Of a stretch of DNA of 64,000 nucleotides, positions 54,301 through 64,000 are shown one piece after another. Position 1 is the stretch's first letter. Every line of letters starts with the position of its first letter. The position numbers and the translations under genes are program-made. This DNA comes from Paraspadella gotoi. Its lineage: Eukaryota > Animalia > Chaetognatha. Where the stretch lies: assembly GCA_051294375.1 (NCBI GenBank), contig CM119268.1, positions 8,489,008 through 8,553,007 on the forward strand, read 5' to 3'. The notes beneath the pieces are model-generated. The model was given only the letters and a program-made list of their open reading frames with translations. It had not been told where the DNA came from and did not search any database.

Positions 54301-57266
54301 CGAAATTCAACGACAATTGTTCGAAATCGAAACGATGCCGCTCTCCGGCGTCGCAGCGCGTAGCATCGTCAGCGACGTCGCGTCGCCCACGCTACGTCAC
54401 CTCCGACGTCTGGTCCTCGACGAACCCTGGAAAATAACCACGTCGGACTTGTCGTCGTTACGAGGCGACACCGACATCTGGTCTACGCCGCAAATTCTCC
54501 ACATCTTGCTAATATTCGCGCAGGAGCGAGAAACTCGCGAGATAGCGCGAACGTTAGTCGGCGGCGACAACGTGGCGGAAGCGGCAGTGGGTGTGGTCGA
54601 AGACTTCAATTGGACGGACCACGGGTTCGCGCTCATGGAAGCTATGGGAATGTTGGAAGCGGCGGAAGCGATAGACGAAAAAATGAAGGCATTGGAAGGG
54701 CTACTGGAGCGAGGGAGTGAAAGGAGACGAATATGGAGAGAAACTCTAGAAAAAATGGGACTGGAAAGCGATGAAGAAACGGAGGATGGAGACGGAGACG
54801 ACGACGACGACGACGACGACGACAATGAAGAAAATCGAGCGTCATCGTTGGATCAAAGTGGCGCCAATGGAAAGTTGAAAGAGATAATCCGAATAGAATG
54901 CGGCTACTACGCGACACTGTTGCACTGTCTCAGATGTGTTTCTGCCATGATTCGTTAAATCAAAGTTTTACTGAATAATTATTTAATTTTACATTTTTCG
55001 TGTAGCTACTTTTTCGATTTCCTTAAATATGTAAAAATTGTGAATATGTATAATTTAAACTAGATTAGAATTTGGTAGAATTATCGATGTACTACGTAGT
55101 CTAATCGTTCATTTTTGTACGTATTTAACAATTATTAAAAATATAACCGAGTTGAAAGAATTTTTTTAAAGAAAATAGGCCAAGCTTTAGGATAGAAAGC
55201 AAAAATTTGAGACTCACTTGACAGTTTTTTCTGAAGCCATGTGTCCGCAGGGGTTGAAGCAAAAACTGGGGCAGTCAGGATCCACGTAGAATCCAGTTTC
55301 GCTGCCCATCGCAAGCTTCACGTAAGGGCCAACCTGTATACATATTGAAAACCTTATCTAATAACATTTTTTTAATAGTTATATCGAAAACGTAAAGGTA
55401 AACTTAAACAGTAAAAGGCATTCACCACAAAAAAATTTCTCGCAACACACCTTCCGACACAAGGGGCATTGACGGTCGTCCACGGTTCCCTCGCCCTTTC
55501 CCCACTCGTGGTGTCCGTGGACGTGACCGCAGTTGAGGTAGGCGTACGGATGTTTGGAGGTCGACCCCGAATCGATGGCGCCGAACCCGGATGGGCTTCG
55601 ATCCCCGTGGCCTCGCGACGGAATGACCAGAGTGTTTAGCCCGACAGGACACTGCGGGCGACCCTGGTTCATGGCTTCCACTTGGCGCTCAAGGTGGCGC
55701 CGGGTGGGTGACATGAGGAGGCTCGACGCGGAGCGCCAGAGCAGCGTGGCGCCGCAGAGGTCGATCAAGGTTCCATCAGTCAATTCATTGGTTTCTTTTG
55801 CTATCTGTAGAACAAAAAAGAACAAAGATAGGGAGGTAGAGAGATGAGAGAAAGAAAGGTTAAGAATTAAATAAGTTAACCACAACTAGACGGCGCCCTC
55901 CCCCGTCAAAAAAAGCCCAAAAAGCTCACCAGTCCCGACTTTTGCGGCGCGGATCTCGATTCCCGCAAGGCGTAGATTCCACCGCCGACGGAAACTTCGC
56001 GCCAACATCCGGCGCTCGAAACATCCGTGAAGCCTCCGCCCTTTAGAAAGGGGGAAGAGAAAACTACTCAAACAAAAGCACATCGATCCCTCTCGACGCT
56101 AAACCAAACCCAACTTACTTGCGGATGCATGATTAGAATGCCGTTCGTGGTAAGTCCGTCGATTTCCCCATCAGCTTCTCGATTGTCGTTCTCCCATTTA
56201 GTCGCTTTCTCCTGCGACGGAACAGTTAATATGAGCGGGAATTCTCAATAGTATTTATGAATGACTTTTTAATATTATTTCCGAACCGGATGCCTGAAAC
56301 GCCCTTACCCCTAAAAAGATATTTTTGGACGAGTCGAATCCCGCTGCGTAAATCTTGGCCGTGTAGGGCGGCGTCCGGGAAATGAGGATGCGGCAAGCGA
56401 ATCGCGAGATGGTCGACTGCGCCACGACGCACTCCTCGGCGCGTTTGGCGCCCGGAACCGTGTCAACCACCACGAAATCTATGGGGTGATCTGTGAGGGA
56501 GAGAGAAGGGGTGTCGTGGAAAAAGTAGTGAAACTGAGAAAGTCCGAGGACCCGAAATCCTAAACACGCACCCGAGGAGCGTCCGATCTGAAACATGTCC
56601 GTCTCCTCGTCGTGATCGTATTGGACGACGACGGCGACATTCCGTGAAAGGGTGTAGGAGACGGAATGTTGGCTCTTGTCTTGGTAGATCTAAGTAAGTC
56701 AAACACAGAGAATAAATCAAACGATGACTTCAAAATTTATAGCGATAAAACAATAAAAAAGAACAAAAACTGGCCTTAACATAAACGAGATTGAATGAAA
56801 AGAAAGGGGAGAGAAAAATTGACAAATTCGGAGACAAGAGAGATCGATCGAACCTTGGAGGACTGGGCGCATTGAACGTCGTGCCTGACGGTGGGTTTGA
56901 CCCCGTTCGGCTCGACTCTCTGTCGCAAGACGAATCGGGATCGCCGACGACCCTTGTCCCCTTCCGGGAGAGAACCGTTGTAACTGCGGATGTAATAAAA
57001 AACATTAGAAGACTCGTTCGCGTACCCGCTCGCTCTTTTCTCTCTCGACCTCTTTTAACTCACCCTAAAACGATAAGTTCCCCGTATTTGAGCGTGGAGC
57101 CTTGCGAGTGAGAGAAAGACGAGGACCTGGGTTCTCCCTCGCTAGACGCCGGGTCGCGAGGGGCCGATGACGATGACGCGCCGCTGGAGTGAAAATTGAT
57201 GCCCGACACGCCAGCGCCGAGAAGGTGCTCCGTCGCCACTGCCGAATGACCCGCGAGACGTGCCGC
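51331..57266 (-). CDS. PELI: Pellino E3 ubiquitin ligase (FHA core + C-terminal RING-like domain), 9 core coding exons
   Basis: Hand-spliced GT-AG exons with consistent phases: 57266-57064 (..KYGELIVLG), 56983-56854 (YNGSLPEGDKGRRRSRF..PNGVKP), 56689-56572 (QHSVSYTLSR..TDMFQIGRSS), 56490-56309 (PIDFVVVDT..STISRFACRI..IYAAGFDSSKNIFLG), 56211-56119 (EKATKW..DGLTTNGILIMHP), 56040-55930 (WREVSVGG), 55804-55451 (DGTLIDLCGATLLWRS..RPQCPVGL..CGHVHG..CPLCR), 55333-55218 (GPYVKL..FNPCGHMASEKTV) and 51457-51331 (FWANVPIPHGCHGFRAICPFCATPL..YVKLIFQTDLD*). These are hallmark Pellino motifs. Confidence 0.96.
52105..53290 (+). CDS. PDZ + ZM-motif protein of the Zasp/ALP/Enigma family, no LIM domains seen
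   Basis: Exons: 52105-52227 (LKRDSDDVPWGFRLVGGAD), 52463-52614 (ITEGSLAAKAGLEAGDVIFIVND..LTHQGACEVI), 52711 (or 52696)-52804, 52872-53026 (SHTQPNTPLNMYSEGNIEESI, a ZM motif) and a probable last exon 53257-53290 ending in TGA. PWGFRL-GG-D is the N-terminal PDZ signature of this family. Confidence 0.85.
54017..54958 (+). CDS. SESN: Intronless, highly divergent Sestrin-like protein (313 aa)
   Basis: Motifs are colinear with sestrins. LRHLRRLVLDEPWKIT..L..IWSTPQILHILL matches L..LNK.LAHRPWLIT..I..L..WSLAEL.HA.VLL. EDFNWTDHGFALM..IDEK matches QDY.WEDHGYSL..LDEK. RRRIW..MGL matches RRAIW..FGI. The terminal IECGYYATLLHCLRCV matches .EARMQA.LLYALRAI. Recognised by eye. Confidence 0.75.
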   Translation: MAPKLKVPGNMSQPCATLVQSPPRRVDPRTWKILREPLEKSFDNAKKEFSTNLKEIQEENVRSSQKSSETTKNNWATPIEKVLDAESQRLFSSILEIQRQLFEIETMPLSGVAARSIVSDVASPTLRHLRRLVLDEPWKITTSDLSSLRGDTDIWSTPQILHILLIFAQERETREIARTLVGGDNVAEAAVGVVEDFNWTDHGFALMEAMGMLEAAEAIDEKMKALEGLLERGSERRRIWRETLEKMGLESDEETEDGDGDDDDDDDDDNEENRASSLDQSGANGKLKEIIRIECGYYATLLHCLRCVSAMIR

Positions 57267-57990
57267 CTGCACGCGAGCGAGAGAAAGAGAACGCTTTATC
57301 GATTTTTTTACTCTCTTAATCATTTTGGTTTCTTCTTTCCGTTTATTTGCCACGAAGACTCAAAGTTTAAACGACAGGAACAACTTTCGAGTCGGACAAA
57401 GTTTTACCGTTTCAAATTTTAAAAGTAGTAATCATTTAATTTTTAAGTCGTAGTTCCCTTTTTTTCCATTAATTCCAAGAAAAACGAGACGAAAAACTAA
57501 AAACATAGTAGGCGATTTATTGTAGTGAATTATCAATGACGGAATTTTTATCAGCTTTCAATTTTAATTACCAGATTAATTGTCTTTAGGAAAAAAAAAT
57601 CACATATAATACTATTAATAGATATTGAGATCAGGATTTCAATCATTTATTTTATCATAACCACCAGACAATATTTGCATATTTTTTTTTACCGTCGATG
57701 TCGAGATCTGAGTTAATTTTTCAATCTAGTTCCTGATTTGCAACAGTAAGTGCTGGGTTTCCCGTCGCAATCATTAAAAATAGTTTTTTTTACAAAAGTT
57801 TTGAAATTTCAAATGGTTTAACCAGTTTTGACGATGACGGAAACAATTATATATCATAAGAGGCGCCTCGTCGTCTCGTTTTCTCCCTGATCGTCATTTT
57901 ACTATGATCTTCATCATTTTCCTATTGTACGTAATAACATGAACCATTGATAATCTTCAAAATTGGGAATCAAATAATAATAATAAATAC

Positions 57991-59123
57991 TAGTGTTCCG
58001 ATATCCGTTAACCGTTAACGGTTATTAACGGTTATAAATAATTTTAACTTAACCGTTAAATATATATAGTGGTTATAATATATTTAACGGTTAATTTCGG
58101 TTAATTTTCAAATATAATATTTTTTTATTTTTTGGTAAGAAATATTTTAATTTTTTAAAGTATTTTTTTTGCTCTCTTTACTCTTATTCTCGTCACCCTT
58201 TCTCTCAATTTTTTCACTCCCTCTTTCTCTTCTCCATTTTTAAAAAAAAAATTTTCAACTCTTAATCTTTTTCTCTCTTAATCTCTATTTTTTCTTCTCC
58301 TCACTTTATCTCCTTAAGTTCCTTTCTTTGTTTTTATCTCTTACTTTCTCCTTGTTTCCCCCTTTCTTTTCTCTTCTTTCCTTTTTTCTCCTATATTCTT
58401 TTTTTTCTTACTTTCTCCTCTTTTTTTTCCTTTCAAGTAATATTATACATCATCTCACACATTAGCCGAAACATGTCCGTTTTTCCATGTTAAATAAATT
58501 CGTTGTTTGAATCAAAAATAAAAACTTTTCTCTTTTACATAAAAATTTTAATAATGAATAATAGAAGGAACGAATCTTTAAAAAAAAATACTTTAAGGCA
58601 AACTAAAACTATCTTTCAATCATGATATACTTTTTAATAAAACTAAAAAAATATTTATTATTCAATTCGATCATTCAACCATTCAATCAATTAATTAATA
58701 TTCATAATTTATATTTATGATCATGGTTTATGAAAGACTAACAGCAGAAAACAAGCATTCAAAAAACTAAGTACTAAAAAATAATATTTTTATTATTTTC
58801 TATTTTCTATTTTGATTTCTATTATATTATTTTATTATGCTATGTGGCAAAAAAAATGTGGTATGCATAATTTATAACGATTTATCTGATTAGCTGATGA
58901 TAGTTTGCTCAAACCTACATTTACCAACTTTAATGTGTACCTTATCTATCTGAAATAAAAGATATACAAGCTTCAGGAGCCAGTGTTGACATTAAATACT
59001 TTAAATTTAAAATATTAATATTAAAAACAAATTAAAGTTAAATTATAAAATTAACATATTTTAACGGTTAACCGTTAAAAATGTTAAGCGACGTTCCTCA
59101 AAAATTAACAGTTAAAGAAACTA
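57991..59123. mobile_element. Non-autonomous hAT-like DNA transposon (MITE-like), copy B
   Basis: The left end is TAGTGTTCCGATATCCGTTAACCG and the right end is a degenerate inverted ..TTAACAGTTAAAGAAACTA. Subterminal TAACCGTTAA repeats are present. The 8-bp flanks ATAAATAC/CTAAATAC (7/8 identical) fit a hAT-type TSD. The interior matches 45948-47485 in inverted orientation. Confidence 0.75.
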
Positions 59124-59136
59124 CTAAATACTGTAC

Positions 59137-61711
59137 CTGTTGATGTTGCGAAGTAGCAGGTGTGTGGCCAGGTGGAAGTTCGACCTTAACAGCCATGTTG
59201 ACAGGATACGCTGTGAATTCAAAACAAATACCAGCAAATAAATACACTGACTTGTTTTACAAGTTGTACAAAAGTTCTTGCTTCAGAACATGCTATTACT
59301 AATAAATCGTACTTACCACCAGGAAGCGCGAACACGTGGTGACCGGAAGCGATTCCTGATGTAACGGGGGGCGTTTGTGGCTCGAGTCCAGCGCCACGCG
59401 TGTGTCCGGAAATGGGCGGGACGTGACCGAACAACGCACCAGCGGGGTGGGCGTAGGCCGATGCGGTCGAAATTGCCAAGTGGCCGCAACGATGTTTTCC
59501 TGATAAGTTTTATAAAGTGAGAATTTAAGAGCAGTTGCGCACTGCGTAAATCTTTTTCGAAATACCTAAAATGCCGTAACCGTGCAGCTGTCCGACGGGG
59601 GGGGCGGCGGAGGGAAAGTGTTGGAGCGGTCGAGCGACGGCGCCACGAGACGAATCGGCGACGACGCGATCGACGCCGGCGTCGACGGCGCCGGAAGTGG
59701 GTAAGCAAAATTCGGCGCCGACGAACGGCGTTGAACGAGTTTGAGAGGAGGACGATGGAGGATGACTGGCCTGATTGAAAGCGGCTGTCGTGGGGAAAAA
59801 CAAAATATATCGATATTATTCTCCGGTTTCGACTTTTCCCAGAAATGATTCAGGGGAAATCCTTCACGGCGCAGGCAGAAGTTAACTCTTACGTATTAAA
59901 GGGTTAGATAAACTTGCATCGGGGAGTCAAAGGAATAGCGACGAAAGAGACCTGGTCCTTACTTGACCATTCTAATTTGTGACATGTCCCACAAAGCCCA
60001 AATTTCAAAATACAATTTAAATTAATGTTTGAAACTATTTTTAATCTTTTTCATTCTATTAATATGATTTGAAATTTTAATCATAAAAAAGTAATAAGTA
60101 AAAGGGAATCAGGAAGTTCCCAATACGTGACATAGTGCCACTTCTTTAAATAAACGTCATCACAAGCACGGAATATTTAATGATTTTTTTGAAAAATTTT
60201 CAGAATCCTAAGAGCAAAGGTTTTGTCAAAAATTTCGATATATATTTTTTAGGTTGTCATGAGTACTTGTTTTTAAAAGAAGTTAAAACATTTCGAAAGA
60301 GAAAAAATTGAGAATAAGATCGTTGACTTTGATTAATGATTATTGATTAATTAATGATTCATGAAACGATTAACTTTGACGAAAAATAGTTTTGTCTTAT
60401 TTCTATGAAATATAGAAATAATCTCGTAGATTAGTTTTCCTTCGCGTTAACCTCTTAATTCTATTTTTATTTGTTTCGTATATTTCGTTGCTGATGTATG
60501 GGACTGTATCAGTCTTGATAATGATATGAAATAAAATTCTCATTAACGCGAAGAAAATTCGTGACAAACTCCTGAAGATATACTAAAGTAATTTTTATAA
60601 AACTAGAACTCGTGAAAATAAGCGGCGAATTTGAGCGATCTATCTTTCTTGAAGATTTGAATACCTATATCACTCGTTTCACCTGTAATCATTCAGTCAA
60701 ACGCTTTTCCCCTTCAATTTCATGGATAGGCCGTCAGCAGAAACACCCCACTGAATTTGCACCAAGAAAAACCAAAGACATGGAACAATTACGATTGGGA
60801 TAACTTTAAAGATCGACTCCGGACATCAATAAAATTGTCAATACGGTTGGAGATGGCGATTTCCGTAATGCAACGAAAGGTAACTCACCGTGACCGCACA
60901 ACGCCGCGGGAATTTCTTCGCCGGAAGACGATGACGTCGACACTGCGGAGACGCAGCACGCCACCGAAGACGGTAAAAGTTGCTGCTGCTGTAAATGGCT
61001 CCGACGCTGCTGCGATTGATGAAAAAAAATCTGCGGCTGAGGCTGAGTTTGCGGCTGTTGCTGAAGCGGTCGGGGATTCTGCTGTTGACTAGAAGAATGT
61101 TTGCTGTAATGTCGCTGGAGTAGTTCCGAGCCGGCGCGCGACGCCGAAGGAGCCGAGGTCGACAGCGCCGGCGTCGATTCGCCTTCGTCGTCGCTAAATG
61201 TTTCTCCAGCGGCGACAGCGGCGGCGTCGTCGCTGGATCCGTGAAGCGGCGGCACGCGGGGCGGCGCGGGGCGTCGTTCTGAACGCGATGAATCGCAGCA
61301 CCCGTTGTGGGAGTGGCGGTGACGTCGCGGCGCTGAATTCGAAGAATCGACGCCGTCTTCAAAACGGTGCCGATCTTCGTCGGCGTCGCGAGTCGTAGGA
61401 TCCCTCGTCGAAGTCGTCGTCGTTGTCGTCGCGTGACCCCGTAAGGCAACATGGAGGTGATCGAGGTGGGACGTTATCGGGGGACTGGATCTGGAAAATA
61501 TTGGAGAAAGGAAGGCAAATGATAATAGATTGATAATATTAATTAAAATGAAGCGCGATATATACATAATTCCCCCCCAAGTAGGTACCTTCTGGAGAGA
61601 AAGGGCGCGGTGGCGTTTCGCCGGCGGCGTTGACCGTCGCCCTCATTTGAGGCGTAGGGGTCGGACCGGAACTTCTTGGGGGCGGAGTTGGAGCGTTCGT
61701 CAGGATCCAGT
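59137..61711 (-). CDS. Putative upstream low-complexity (S/Q/H/A/P-rich) coding exons of the Pellino gene
   Basis: Exons 61711-61589, 61490-60889, 59784-59566, 59499-59317 and 59210-59137 all have AG/GT borders. Their phases chain stop-free into the Pellino exon at 57266. The first in-frame Met is at 59196 (AACATGG); no start was found upstream of it. Confidence 0.6.
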
Positions 61712-64000
61712 CTGAGAAAAAGGGAGAGATTATTTAACTCGGTCATCAAAACAAACGAGAAGTTTCTACAAACAAAATCATATCCCGTTGATCTGGAAAG
61801 TAAACAACTTTAAAAGCAGAAAATATAACACTAATCCTCATCGGTTTGAACATCGCACTCATTTCTTTTTGTGTTTGTGTGGCAGTATTGTTAACAAAAC
61901 AATCATGTGTAAAAAACATTTAGTGTGCGGGTAACGCAATTAACCCATAAGTATATACAAGGAAATACACAATAAATTAGCAAAATATAGTAAAAGAAAT
62001 TCGTTAAAAATTTTTTTTTTTAAAAGACAGCTTTCTATCTAAACGCAGCTTCTCATCGGCGATAATGTTGTTCTTCCGTTTTGGCGATGAGAACCCAGAA
62101 ATAACATTCAGTTACCAAAAAAGATTTAGAGCCGAATGTCGTCACTTCCGCCCCAAAGGAAAAAAAAGGAAACCTTTTGCTTTCACTGATTCCGAAAAAG
62201 TCGAAGGTGCATCGAAAATCCGGAGCCAACTACGGATTTTCTTTTCTCCCTTTTTTCCTCACTCTGCTCACCTCGAAACAACTCCACAAAAAAACAAAAC
62301 ACGTTTGTTAATAAACAAAAGTCAGAATGCGAGAAAACGAAAAGGCGCCGAGATGAAAAGTCAAGGTAAAAAAATGCAGGAGAGAGAGAGAGAGAGAGGT
62401 TGCAGGAGCATGCAGCCCTTCCTATCCTTTCCGCCCCCTCCCCCCCATTTCCACCTCCCCGAAGAACTCGAAGAGTCGCGACTCGAACTCGGCGGAGATC
62501 GAGATCTCGACGCCGCCGCCGCCGCCGCCGCCGCCGGCTCGACGCCCAACCGAGCCGACCTCGCCGCTTCTAATTACACTGGAATGAATTCCCAAGCGGC
62601 GGAGAGAGAGGAAGGGCCGGGGGGAGAAAACAGAGGCTAAAGAGAGAACTCGAAACGGGCATCGGATTTGGAGAGAAGAGTGAAAGCATATTATTATTAA
62701 GGGGTTGATGGAGATGAGATAAGGAACGCTCAGTGATTGGCAAAGAAACTAAAGGAAACTGCAAAAGGTGCCAAATACGAACATTTTGATTGTTTATTAA
62801 TGATTGTCTTATATTTATCTCAAACGTAAAAAAACGCTAACTTGGAATATATGTAAGTCAACTGATAATCGCAAAGGAACTCTGAATTATAGCGACAAGC
62901 TTTGTACTCACATGTTGTTAGTAGTAGATGGACTAAGGTCCGGCATTACACAAAACAACCTTTCTTCAAACGTACTAATTTTGATTGTTTCTCTCGACTT
63001 AGCGCGAGCGTTTAAATGGAGCAATGGAGTTTAGATTACGGGATAAGTCAAACATATTAAAGAAAAAACGACGCGTGATTTCGCAACTTGTGTTTTCGTT
63101 TTCATGACACAATCTTAAATAGGTTAAAAATTCAACCGTGGAGAAGAAAATTGTTTTTCTTGTGGCCTCAACGATTTTCCAGATTAAACGATATTATTTC
63201 AAGGGAAATGATTGTTACAAAACGAAAAACTTATACGATAGGAGTGTCGACACGAGTATGAATAAGCGCCCGCACATTTAGAACTGTGAAGACGCCTTAA
63301 GAGGCTCGACCGAGGTTTTCTGAGAACGAGTCAGACCAAATGTTTCCAACTAAACATCACGTGACCAACGGCTCGTCCAATCAAAAGACGGATAAAAACA
63401 GAACGCATCTGCGAACATTTTCGCAAACTTGGAACTACCTCTTAATATTGTTTCCTTATTTTTTTACCTCATTCACCTTTCTCTTTGACAATTGCCAATG
63501 AAAAATTTAGAATGAGTACAAGCTCAAAAAAAAATTTATACATTTTTAAGTATACTTTCAATGAACAAAAAATTTCTTCTAGTAATTATTTTTTTAATAT
63601 TTATTTATAGATAGGAAAGGCCAACAATTTTTTTTAAAAATTAAAAATTTTAAGACGGTCGGCGAAAGTAAAAGTAACCCCATCTAGCCCCATATTGACA
63701 AGATTTATATAATTTTAATACCATACTAATCAGTTTCCGAATCGTTTATTTCCTCCGTACACAAGAGATTTACAATACAAGGACCACCCATTCATTACAT
63801 ATATATTACCTTAAATCGTTTTAGAGCCGGAGTGAAAATTCCTCACTGATCAATTCCGGATTGCGAAGCGTCACCAGGCCTCACCAGGTCGATGCTCTTT
63901 CACGCAAATGATGACGACGACATTTTTTAAGAATTCAACTTTGGCGACTAAATTGATCAATCACACTGCTAAAAGTGGCCAAGCATTAGCCAAAAACTTA

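Noticed and set aside
62065-62640. 191-aa + strand ORF with poly-P/poly-A
   Set aside because: It is low complexity, with no recognisable domain or convincing splice partners.

Overview
This is a gapped, AT-rich draft assembly of an invertebrate animal genome, with short GT-AG introns, many (CT/GA)n tracts and 8 N-gaps. It is not prokaryotic, and no CRISPR array or rRNA was seen. The right half holds the clearest genes. (1) A spliced Pellino E3 ligase lies on the minus strand (core 57266-51331), with an apparently in-frame low-complexity N-terminal extension reaching 61711. (2) Its last intron (about 3.76 kb) contains two antisense genes: a short PDZ + ZM-motif (Zasp/ALP-like, LIM-less) gene and an intronless, highly divergent Sestrin-like ORF. 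(3) A 7-exon LRAT/PLAAT (H-rev107/FAM84/EGL-26-like) gene on the minus strand (48817-32850) has lost all three catalytic residues. The left half holds a coiled-coil/low-complexity gene and large error-rich duplications (one inverted, one direct) that look like a second haplotype or long-read gap fill. These copies differ by a 7.5-kb insertion and a 0.53-kb indel. Repeats include two hAT-like non-autonomous elements, several Penelope-type minimal hammerhead remnants, a tRNA-derived SINE and a tandem array of microexon-like units. All homology calls come from motif recognition by eye; no database search was run.
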